DNA of 32,000 nt from Candidatus Korarchaeum cryptofilum OPF8 (GTDB taxonomy: Archaea; Korarchaeota; Korarchaeia; Korarchaeales; Korarchaeaceae), in assembly GCF_000019605.1 (NCBI RefSeq), contig NC_010482.1, forward strand, positions 1,080,001 to 1,112,000, read 5' to 3'. The position numbers were made by a program, and so were the translations under genes. This document shows positions 16,213 to 24,156 of the stretch, piece after piece. Each line of letters starts with the position of its first letter. Position 1 is the first letter of the stretch. The notes beneath the pieces were generated by a model that worked only from the letters and a program-made list of their open reading frames with translations, did not search any database and was not told the DNA's origin.

Positions 16213-17949
16213 ATGCTGGAGGACGTCCTCTACGTGGACCTGACGAATATGAAGCATTACGTGAGGAGGAGGGAGGACCTATTCTCTGAGTACTTGGGCG
16301 GTACTGGTGTAGCTGTCCAGCTATTGAAGGAGGAGATAGACCCCAAGGTCGATCCCTTATCCCCTGAGAACGTTATAGTGATGGCTATAGGAGTTCTCAC
16401 AGGGATTTATCCGGCTGCATCTAAGCTAGTGGCGATGTTCAAATCCCCCCTCACCGGGAACTTAGGTGAATCCCATGCAGGGGGTAGGGCTGCTATTTCA
16501 TTGAGGATGTCTGGCTTCGGGGCCATCGTGATCAAGGGGGCTAGCAGGACCCCGATCTACCTATCTATACATGATGGAAGGGTCGAGTTTAAGGATGCGA
16601 GCTCCCTCTGGGGAGTCAGGAGCTCCCTGACGATAGGGAAGGTCTTGAGGGAGAGGGAGCCCTGGCCCGGTCTTAGGAGCATAATGAGGATAGGTAGGGC
16701 CGGGGAGAGGATGGTGAGGTACGCCTCAGTTATACTGGAGACCTACAGGCATTTCGGTAGGTTGGGGCTCGGCGCTGTCTTGGGATCGAAGAAGCTGAAA
16801 GCTGTAGTCCTGGGAGGTAGGAGTAGCGTTGAAGTCAAGGATATGAGGGGCTACAGAGCTGTATACAGGGAGATATTCGAGGAGTGCTTGAGAAGTGAAG
16901 CTACTAGGAAGTATCATGATCTGGGGACGGCTGAGAACGTCCTACCACTGAATGAGATAGGGGGCCTCCCGACTAGGAACCTATCCTCAGCTAGGTTCGA
17001 GGGAGCTGAGGACATAAGTGGTGAGAGCTTCGCTGAGAGGTCTCTAGCTAGGAGAGTAGCCTGCGCTCACTGCCCAATAGCTTGTATACATATAGCTTTC
17101 ATAAGAGAGAGGCATCCAAAAGAAAAATATTTTTATACTATGAGGTATGTAGGATACGATTATGAGCCTATATACGCGCTCGGGAGTATGTTGGGAGTGA
17201 GCGATATGGACGGCCTCCTGAGGTTGATAGAGGAGACGGATATCCTCGGCTTAGATGCGATAAGCTCCGGAGTCGCATTAGCTTGGGCTACTGAGGCTTT
17301 CAAGAGGGGGATCGTAGGGAGGGAGGAGACCATCGTGGAGCCTGACTGGGGGAATTGGGAGGCTTATTTGAAGATGCTTGAGTTCATAGTTGAGCAACCT
17401 AATGAGTTCTATGAGAGTTTAGCGAGAGGTACTGAGGAAGCCGCTAAGAGGTACGGTGGGTTGGAATTCTCCCTCACTTTCGGCGGTAATGAGATGCCGG
17501 GTTATCACACTGGCCCGGGAGCGCATATAGGCTACTTAATAGGCCTGAGGCACAGCCATCTGGATAACGCTGGCTACTCGCTGGATCAGAGGTACTTAGG
17601 GAAGAACTATCCAGATCCTGAGAGGCTAGTAGATGAGCTAGTTGAAGAGGAGTCTTGGAGGCAGGTGCTCACATCACTCGTCCTCTGCCTCTTCGTCAGA
17701 GGGATATATAAGCCTGAAGTCGTGTTGAGGGCTCTGAAGCCCCTGGGAATCGAGATGGATGAGAATGAGCTTAAGGAACTTGGGAGGAGGATTTACAGGG
17801 AGAAATTGGAGCTCAAGAAGATGATGGGTTTCGATCCCAGCGAATTGAGGATCCCTAGGAGGATATTCGAGGTAGAATCTCCTCACGGCCTGCTGAGTGA
17901 GGAATACATGAGGGAAGCCCTGGAGAAATGGTCCAGGGCTCACTCCTAG
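16213..17949 (+). CDS. aor: Tungsten-containing aldehyde:ferredoxin oxidoreductase family enzyme
   Basis: N-terminal 'EYLGGTGVAVQLL', the cluster motif 'CAHCPIAC', and pterin-binding segments 'ETDILGLDAISSG' and 'LVLCLFV'. At about 579 aa it belongs to the shorter AOR-family members. Confidence 0.9.
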   Translation: MLEDVLYVDLTNMKHYVRRREDLFSEYLGGTGVAVQLLKEEIDPKVDPLSPENVIVMAIGVLTGIYPAASKLVAMFKSPLTGNLGESHAGGRAAISLRMSGFGAIVIKGASRTPIYLSIHDGRVEFKDASSLWGVRSSLTIGKVLREREPWPGLRSIMRIGRAGERMVRYASVILETYRHFGRLGLGAVLGSKKLKAVVLGGRSSVEVKDMRGYRAVYREIFEECLRSEATRKYHDLGTAENVLPLNEIGGLPTRNLSSARFEGAEDISGESFAERSLARRVACAHCPIACIHIAFIRERHPKEKYFYTMRYVGYDYEPIYALGSMLGVSDMDGLLRLIEETDILGLDAISSGVALAWATEAFKRGIVGREETIVEPDWGNWEAYLKMLEFIVEQPNEFYESLARGTEEAAKRYGGLEFSLTFGGNEMPGYHTGPGAHIGYLIGLRHSHLDNAGYSLDQRYLGKNYPDPERLVDELVEEESWRQVLTSLVLCLFVRGIYKPEVVLRALKPLGIEMDENELKELGRRIYREKLELKKMMGFDPSELRIPRRIFEVESPHGLLSEEYMREALEKWSRAHS

Positions 17950-18443
17950 ATTATCTCGAAGCTCCCATCGGGCCTGTGGAGGAATAGCAATGAATTTGGG
18001 GCTATCTTCCTCACCTCGAGCAGTGTCTCTAGATCATCATCATGATACTCAACTATCTCGCAACTCAGACCCTTGAGGAGGGATGGCTTCAGCTCCCTAT
18101 CCCTCTGGAAGTTGCCATCCGGCCTCATTATGAGCTCATCGTATGGTATGCCTGCTTGCATCAATTGAAGCTCCGTATCCCTCCTGAGGCTCTCGTACCT
18201 CCCAGTTATCAGCACTACCCTGAGCCCCCTGCTCTTAGCATCTAATATCATCTCTATACTCCTGTTTATGGGAATATCGAGGCTGAATAACTCGGGATCG
18301 AGGAACCTCATCCAGAACTGCCTCTGCAACTCGAAGGGCAGCTCCCTCGGGGAGCTGACGTTGAAACCTGAAATAGCTAGATGGAACCTCCTCCTAACAT
18401 CGAATAGAGTGTTATCTATATCGAAAACCGCGCACTTCATCAT
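17946..18443 (-). CDS. HAD-superfamily phosphatase (compact, Pnkp-phosphatase-like motif layout)
   Basis: Motif I 'VFDIDNT' (DxDxT), motif II 'VVLITGR', motif III Lys in 'RDRELKP' and motif IV 'HDDD'. It is the last gene of the minus-strand operon. Confidence 0.7.
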   Translation of the reverse strand: MMKCAVFDIDNTLFDVRRRFHLAISGFNVSSPRELPFELQRQFWMRFLDPELFSLDIPINRSIEMILDAKSRGLRVVLITGRYESLRRDTELQLMQAGIPYDELIMRPDGNFQRDRELKPSLLKGLSCEIVEYHDDDLETLLEVRKIAPNSLLFLHRPDGSFEII

Positions 18444-18473
18444 GGAGTGAGGTAGCTCAGCTTAATAAAAGCC

Positions 18474-19208
18474 TCATGAAATTGAATCGGAGATTATTCT
18501 GGCTGCTCTCCTTATCGCACGAAGGGGGCCGAGATCCTCGACGCCTATCTCCTTATCAGCTACTCTTATGTTGAAATTCTCTATATCGGCTTTCCTCAGG
18601 ATGGGTGATAGTAGGTCCCTCCTGCTTACACTTAGCAAATCCGTCCCCGGTGCTAGCGGTGAGATGGCAGGTATAACTAGCAACCTAAATCCCATGTACT
18701 CCCCTTCCATGAAGACCTTGAACTTATGAGAAGCACCTATCTCATCCCTCATAGTTATAGCTGGATGCTCGTGCCCCATCACTATCAGCTCGACGTCATC
18801 TGGTATGAGGATATCCAAATGGCCGTGCGTTATCAGGAGCCCCTGCACCTTCAAGTAAGGGCTGCTTATCTCAACGCCCTCTCTCTTCAGTATGGGTATC
18901 AGGAAGTTATCGTGGTTCCCCCTAACTACCTCAACTTTGACCAGATCCTTGAGGGTCCTCAGGAGGTCTATCACCTCCCTCCACTCCTGGCTCAGCGCCC
19001 CGCTGAACTCGTGCTTCACATCGCCATTTAAGACGAGGACCTCCGGGCTATATTCCTCTATATAGCTAATTATTTCCCTCTTAACCCATCCGTATTGTTC
19101 ATAGGGGAGCTCGACTCCCCTCTCCCTCAGAGCGTCCTCATAGCCTAAGTGGAGATCCGCTATCACTAATATATCATTGAGGAGAGCTCCGAATGGGAAT
19201 AACTTCAT
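18474..19208 (-). CDS. Metallophosphoesterase, archaeal SbcD/Mre11-related (COG1407-like) type
   Basis: A complete motif set is present: 'IADLHLG', 'NGDVKHE', 'RGNHDN', 'ITHGH' and 'MGHEHPA'. The downstream 'VIPAISPLAPGTDLL' segment is as I recall for this family. Its ATG overlaps the upstream gene's stop (ATGA). Confidence 0.8.
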   Translation of the reverse strand: MKLFPFGALLNDILVIADLHLGYEDALRERGVELPYEQYGWVKREIISYIEEYSPEVLVLNGDVKHEFSGALSQEWREVIDLLRTLKDLVKVEVVRGNHDNFLIPILKREGVEISSPYLKVQGLLITHGHLDILIPDDVELIVMGHEHPAITMRDEIGASHKFKVFMEGEYMGFRLLVIPAISPLAPGTDLLSVSRRDLLSPILRKADIENFNIRVADKEIGVEDLGPLRAIRRAARIISDSIS

Positions 19209-19633
19209 CTCCCCCTCAGCTCCCCCAACAAATTCAAGTTATTAAGAGCGGCCTCTAGAGACATCTTAGCGTACTCCTCAGCGCCTAGACTGGAGAGACC
19301 CTCGCTCCAATATATCCCTGGCCCAGATATACCGAATGAGACGGGCTTCTCATAGTGCAGTGATAGATCTATGAGCTTGGATATCACTTGATTGAATATA
19401 TAATCTTCCAAGGATGTCTCCTTAACTATAGAGCCGAGTACTATGACCGCATCAATCTCATCCATTTTCAAAAGCTCCTTAACTACTAATGGAGCATCTA
19501 ATAGTCCTGGGACCTTACATACCCTCCTTATCTCTACTTTAAGTCGATCAGCTTGATCCAGTAAGCTGCCCAGCATCCTCTCAGTCACCCTCGAGTTGAG
19601 CTCCGAGACCACTACACCTATCCTAGCTCTCAT
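19205..19633 (-). CDS. Lumazine-synthase / archaeal riboflavin-synthase fold (DMRL-synthase superfamily) protein
   Basis: 'RIGVVVSELNSRVTERML', 'KVPGLLDAPLVVKELL' and 'IDAVIVLGSIVKETSLEDYIFNQV' align colinearly with RibH ('IGIVVGRFNDFIT...VPGAFEIP...AIITLGTVIRGATTHYDYV'). ATG 19633 is preferred over the track's TTG 19642. Confidence 0.6.
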   Translation of the reverse strand: MRARIGVVVSELNSRVTERMLGSLLDQADRLKVEIRRVCKVPGLLDAPLVVKELLKMDEIDAVIVLGSIVKETSLEDYIFNQVISKLIDLSLHYEKPVSFGISGPGIYWSEGLSSLGAEEYAKMSLEAALNNLNLLGELRGR

Positions 19634-19710
19634 ACGAGTCAAATGATGCGGGCCATTAAAAGCTCTAAGGCGATTAAGGTTTTATCTATTTACCGTGAGT
19701 TAGGAGAGGA

Positions 19711-21519
19711 ATGGAGCACTTCCCTTACAAGCCTAGGGAACATCAGAAGGAGGTAATGGAAGCTATAAGGAATGCAGTGAGGAGAGGGGAGAATTTCTGC
19801 CTGCACGCCCCCACTGGATTCGGGAAGACCCCAGTGGTCCTATCAGCCCTCTTGAGCGAGCTGAATGGTGGCAAGATAATATGGGCCGTTAGAACCGGGA
19901 ATGAGACTGATAGACCGATAGAAGAGCTAAAAGTGATAAACAGGAAGTCTGAAGTATTTGGATTCTCCTTCAGGGGAAAGAAAGATATGTGCTTGCTCGC
20001 TAGGAGGATGAATATATCAAGCTACGAGGGAGTGAGTAACCTGTGCAGGCTGAGGAGGGAGAGCTGCCCCTACTTCAGGAACCTCAAGAAGTTAGATTAT
20101 TTCCAAATAGATGGGCCAATGGTATTCTCAGAGATACTGAAAGCGGCTGAGAGTATTCAAGTTTGCCCTTACTTCTTGCAGATGATGCTGCTGGAGGAGG
20201 CTTCCTTGATCTCCCTGAGCTACAATTATATACTCTCACCGCTCGGCTGGGCGATCAGGCATAAGGTCAGCTTCAAGAGGTCATTCCTAGTAGTAGATGA
20301 AGCGCATAACATAGATAGGGTCGCTATGGAACTCAACAGCAAATCCATATCGCTCACGAGCTTGGAGAGGGCTATAAAGGAGGATGAGAGGTACGATCCG
20401 AAGGACTCCCTAGGCCTGAGGAGGAAGCTCACATCAATGAGGGATTTCATGCGCAGGGTAGCTGTGGGCGAGGACGGTACTTTCGATCTAAATGAGATGC
20501 TCTCCTCTACCGATCTAGGGCCCGATGATCTTAAGAAGTTCCACGAGCTAGTTGATATAGTTTACTCGGATTACGTCAAGAGGGGGAAGGAGCCGCGATC
20601 CTACCTGAACTCAGTGGCCGAGTTCCTGATAGTGGCTCTCGAGAAAGCTGGGGAGGAGGGGGTCGCTTACCTCTACTCAGTTGAGGATGAGCCTAGCTTG
20701 GAAGTCTGGGATATGAGAGTCAGGAGCTTCCTCTCCACGATATGGAAGGATTTCAGGTCAGTCATCTTCATGTCCGGTACTCTAGAGCCTATAGATGCTT
20801 TCTCTGATGTCGTAGGGGTCGATAATTTCTCTAGAATGAGCGTGCCATCTATAGCGGATCCGGAGAGGGTCTCCACAGTTATAGTGAGGGGAGTGAGCAC
20901 GAGAGGTGAGGAGCTATCTGATGAGATGCTCAAGAGGTACCTGAAGGTAGTTGAAAGGTTCCTGAGCATCCCCGGGAACTTGGCTATATTCACAGCGAGC
21001 TACAGGATCCAAGGGGAGGTGATCAGCGGTATAATTGAGTTAGCTAGGGAAGCGGGGAAGCTAACTTACTCTGAGGATAGGAATATGAGCGGGGATGAAG
21101 CGAGTAGGATCCTGAGGGAGTTCAAGGACCTTCCCAGGCAGGGGAGGGAGGGTCTACTGATAGCACCAGCTGGAGGGAGGTTCGCTGAGGGAGCTGATTT
21201 CCCAGGAGAGGAGCTGGAGGGCATAATGCTGCTCGGCATACCCTTCGATAGGCTGACGACGAAGACGAGGGTCATGATAGAATACTATGAGAGGATTTAC
21301 GGGAGGAGGAGAGGCAGATACCTCTCTTATGTAGTCCCCGCCCTGAGGAAAGCATCTCAAGCATTAGGTAGGGCCGTGAGGTCTCATGAGGATGAAGCTA
21401 TATTCCTACTGGCTGACGAGAGATATCTGAACAGGACTTACTTCTCCCTCCTGCCGGATTTCGTGAGATGGAACGTTAGGGTAGTCAACTGGAGGGACCT
21501 CCCGAGCAGCGATGGATGA
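19711..21519 (+). CDS. xpd: XPD/Rad3-family 5'-3' DNA helicase with a 4Fe-4S domain
   Basis: Motif I 'HAPTGFGKT', 'VVDEAHNI', four Cys residues between motifs I and II (C94, C112, C119, C152; 'CPYF' occurs twice), and C-terminal 'QALGRAVRS'. Confidence 0.85.
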   Translation: MEHFPYKPREHQKEVMEAIRNAVRRGENFCLHAPTGFGKTPVVLSALLSELNGGKIIWAVRTGNETDRPIEELKVINRKSEVFGFSFRGKKDMCLLARRMNISSYEGVSNLCRLRRESCPYFRNLKKLDYFQIDGPMVFSEILKAAESIQVCPYFLQMMLLEEASLISLSYNYILSPLGWAIRHKVSFKRSFLVVDEAHNIDRVAMELNSKSISLTSLERAIKEDERYDPKDSLGLRRKLTSMRDFMRRVAVGEDGTFDLNEMLSSTDLGPDDLKKFHELVDIVYSDYVKRGKEPRSYLNSVAEFLIVALEKAGEEGVAYLYSVEDEPSLEVWDMRVRSFLSTIWKDFRSVIFMSGTLEPIDAFSDVVGVDNFSRMSVPSIADPERVSTVIVRGVSTRGEELSDEMLKRYLKVVERFLSIPGNLAIFTASYRIQGEVISGIIELAREAGKLTYSEDRNMSGDEASRILREFKDLPRQGREGLLIAPAGGRFAEGADFPGEELEGIMLLGIPFDRLTTKTRVMIEYYERIYGRRRGRYLSYVVPALRKASQALGRAVRSHEDEAIFLLADERYLNRTYFSLLPDFVRWNVRVVNWRDLPSSDG

Positions 21520-21524
21520 TTCAC

Positions 21525-22349
21525 CTAAGAAATTTTCGCGGGATTGTTCGTTATCCTGCTCCTCATAACTTTGCCGAAGCCGGACCAGTAATCGATCACA
21601 TCGCTGCAATCTCTGCATACCGCAGCTATAGCTGGCCCGGTCCCCGAGAGGCTCGCCCCCAGGGCCCCTAGCTCGATAGCTCTCAGGGCTAAATCGTCCT
21701 TATAGCCGAGGATCCTGCTGTATAGGAGGCCGTTCAGCGTCATGGCTTCCCAGATCCTACTCGGGAGGATCTCTATCAGGGAATCAGTTATTTCAGAGTA
21801 TTTCCTCAATCTAGAGGCATCTATAGTGGATTTGGGCCTGGATGATTCCCAGGAAGGTAGCAATATCGCTACATCCAGCTCTGGAAGGGGTATCCTCATT
21901 ATCAATTGGTCCTTAGAGTTATCAGTTACAGTTAAGCCCCCTAGCATAGAGGCGGATGCATCGTCCATAGCTCCGGTTATAGTGACACCGGCCCTCCTGG
22001 CGGCCCTCACTGAGAGTTTAGTCGCCTCTATGAGCCCTATCCTCCTATTATAAGCACTTACAACAGCTAAAATCACTGCATTAGCTACCGCGCTACTGCT
22101 CTTCAGTCCCCATCCAGCCGGTATATTCGAGCTGACCTCCACACTCGCCCCCTTGCCCCCCACGAAGCTCAAGGCCTCTTTAACTGCCTCAATGACGAGG
22201 GGATCATATGGGCTAACTGAGAGATCATCTGAAGCGCGAGCTCTAGCCTCTACTTCCATCTCTATCCCGACTGCAGCCCCCTTCCACGAAGCTATCGCAT
22301 TAACTACTGTTATCGCACCGTTGACCCTGGCTACTCTCATGGAGACCAC
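21525..22349 (-). CDS. aroK: Archaeal (GHMP-kinase-type) shikimate kinase
   Basis: 'GAITVVNAIASWKGAAVGI', the GHMP motif 'PAGWGLKSSSAVANA', 'VTITGAMDDASASMLGG' and 'LSGTGPA' are colinear with the MJ1440-type enzyme as I recall it. It lies directly downstream of aroE. The start is 22349 or 22340. Confidence 0.8.
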   Translation of the reverse strand: MVSMRVARVNGAITVVNAIASWKGAAVGIEMEVEARARASDDLSVSPYDPLVIEAVKEALSFVGGKGASVEVSSNIPAGWGLKSSSAVANAVILAVVSAYNRRIGLIEATKLSVRAARRAGVTITGAMDDASASMLGGLTVTDNSKDQLIMRIPLPELDVAILLPSWESSRPKSTIDASRLRKYSEITDSLIEILPSRIWEAMTLNGLLYSRILGYKDDLALRAIELGALGASLSGTGPAIAAVCRDCSDVIDYWSGFGKVMRSRITNNPAKIS

Positions 22350-23175
22350 CCAAGAACCTCAGGGCAGCTTCCTCCATAACCCTCTCATCGGGCTCGACCC
22401 CGAACCATATTCTTTCGGAAACTGCAGCTTGCCTAATTAACATCTTAAGACCTCCGATGGCCCTGCATCCTCTCTCCCTAGCTATCCTCACTAGCTCCGT
22501 CTCGGGTGGGTTGTAAACTAGGTCCAGTACCGCGATACCGCTCAGCTTACTCGCATCCACCGGCATCCCCTCTCCCCCTGTCCCGAGGGGGGTTGCGTTC
22601 ACTAACAGCTCGATTCTATCCAAGGCGCGCTCCCTGGCCTCCCAAGGTAAGGGGATGCACTCTATCCCGAGCTTGAGGCACAGCTCCCTTAACCTCTCGA
22701 CCCTCCCTATGTCCCTGGATGATATATACGCTTTGGGGAACTTGCCTGAGATTGAGGCTAGGACCGCCCTAGCAGCTCCCCCGGCCCCGAGTATTAAGGC
22801 GATCTCCCCGCTCCTAATCCCCAGGAGCTCCAAGCTGTAATCTACACCATCTACATCAGTGTTGAACCCTGAAAGCTCATCCCCGAATTTTATGACATTA
22901 ACAGCTCCTATTAAGTTAGCTCTCTCATCTAAGGAGTCAAGGAGCTCCATCACTTTCTCTTTGTGCGGTATAGTTATATTGCAACCCACAGCGCCTAACT
23001 CCCTCAGACCCTCGATAGCTACATCTATCCTAAGGACATCGAAAGCTAGATAGACTGCATTTAGCCCTAATTCCCTGTAAGAGGAGTTATGGATCGCTGG
23101 AGAAGCTGAGTGCTTCACGGGATGGCCTAGGAGACATGTCAGTTTGGTCTCAGCATTCAAGTTGAGCACTCGCAT
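22300..23175 (-). CDS. aroE: Shikimate 5-dehydrogenase
   Basis: 'LLGHPVKHSASPAIHNSSYRELGL', the Rossmann motif 'ILGAGGAARAV' and 'NATPLG'. ATG 23175 (MRVLNL...) is preferred to the track's 23250, which would overlap the divergent gene. Confidence 0.85.
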   Translation of the reverse strand: MRVLNLNAETKLTCLLGHPVKHSASPAIHNSSYRELGLNAVYLAFDVLRIDVAIEGLRELGAVGCNITIPHKEKVMELLDSLDERANLIGAVNVIKFGDELSGFNTDVDGVDYSLELLGIRSGEIALILGAGGAARAVLASISGKFPKAYISSRDIGRVERLRELCLKLGIECIPLPWEARERALDRIELLVNATPLGTGGEGMPVDASKLSGIAVLDLVYNPPETELVRIARERGCRAIGGLKMLIRQAAVSERIWFGVEPDERVMEEAALRFLGGLHESSQGQRCDNSS

Positions 23176-23235
23176 TTTAAATGGGACTCGACTTAAGCTT
23201 TTAGTGCGATAGATACGGTAAGCTGAGGTGAGGTT

Positions 23236-24156
23236 ATGAGATCCTCTCACGTCGGGAGCTATCCCCTAGAGCACTCGCAGGATAATATGCTGAGGGCTTA
23301 TCTCGATACCGTCAGCTCCGGAATATCAGTTCCCCCTATTCCTCAGCTTAAGAGCTTCACGGAGATTTACCTAGATCCTCTAGCATCTAGCGGGAAGTTG
23401 AGGAAGGTTAAGGAGGACAGATATGAAGCTCTGAATCTGGATGAGCCAGTAATAGACCTCGGGGAGGTAGAATCATTCTTGGAGAGATCTAAAGCCGATC
23501 CCAGAGGCCTGAGGCTCCCGGTGACCGGGCCCCTCACTTTAGCGAGCAAGGTGGGTGGGGAGGGTTTCATGGACTCTATGATAACTAACAAGGATGCTGT
23601 CTTCTCATTCTTCGTCCCTTATGTGAGGAAGATAGTTGATTGGGCCTCACATAGGGGGATAGGTTACATCTTCGTAGATGAACCAGCACTGGGCCTCATA
23701 GTCGGTAGGAAGATACTAAGTTATTCTGAGAGGGAGCTCATCGAGATCTATGAGGAGATATTCAGCGAAGCGAAATCATATACTGGGATGCACGTCTGCG
23801 GGAGGATATCCCCTCTATTATCCGACATACTGATGAGAGTACCAGCGAAGTACTTGAGCCACGAATTTCACGATACTAGGGAGAACATGAAGTCCTTCAG
23901 CAGGGAGAAGCTCGAGGAATATGATAAGATAATTTCTCCAGGTGTTGTGAGCGCTAAGAATCCAGAAGTGGAGTCTGTGGAGGAGGTCAGCTCGCTGCTG
24001 AGGGAGATCTTGGAGAGATTCGGACCGAGGGTGGACTTAGTGAGCGCTGATTGCGGTTTCGGTGGCCTCAAAGGATTGAGGAACTCCTATGATATCTCCC
24101 TGAGGAAACTGAAGTTGATAGCTGAGGTCTCCTCATCATTGCTTAAGTCATCCTAG
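23236..24156 (+). CDS. Cobalamin-independent methionine synthase catalytic-domain homolog (MetE C-terminal-like, COG0620)
   Basis: The Zn-site pattern is H-x-C ('MHVCG'), Glu at +24 ('SHEFH') and Cys at +87 ('SADCGFGG'). This matches the His/Cys/Glu/Cys spacing of MetE as I recall it. GAGGTGA lies 5 nt upstream of the ATG. Confidence 0.75.
   Translation: MRSSHVGSYPLEHSQDNMLRAYLDTVSSGISVPPIPQLKSFTEIYLDPLASSGKLRKVKEDRYEALNLDEPVIDLGEVESFLERSKADPRGLRLPVTGPLTLASKVGGEGFMDSMITNKDAVFSFFVPYVRKIVDWASHRGIGYIFVDEPALGLIVGRKILSYSERELIEIYEEIFSEAKSYTGMHVCGRISPLLSDILMRVPAKYLSHEFHDTRENMKSFSREKLEEYDKIISPGVVSAKNPEVESVEEVSSLLREILERFGPRVDLVSADCGFGGLKGLRNSYDISLRKLKLIAEVSSSLLKSS

Noticed and set aside
23176-23250. 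A long aroE start (track: 23250) overlapping the divergent MetE-like gene start by 15 nt.
   Set aside because: The family N-terminus begins at 'MRVLNL...LLGHPVKHSASP' (ATG 23175). The extension 'MRGSHNLTSAYRIYRTKSLSRVPFK' has no counterpart and would consume the divergent promoter spacer.
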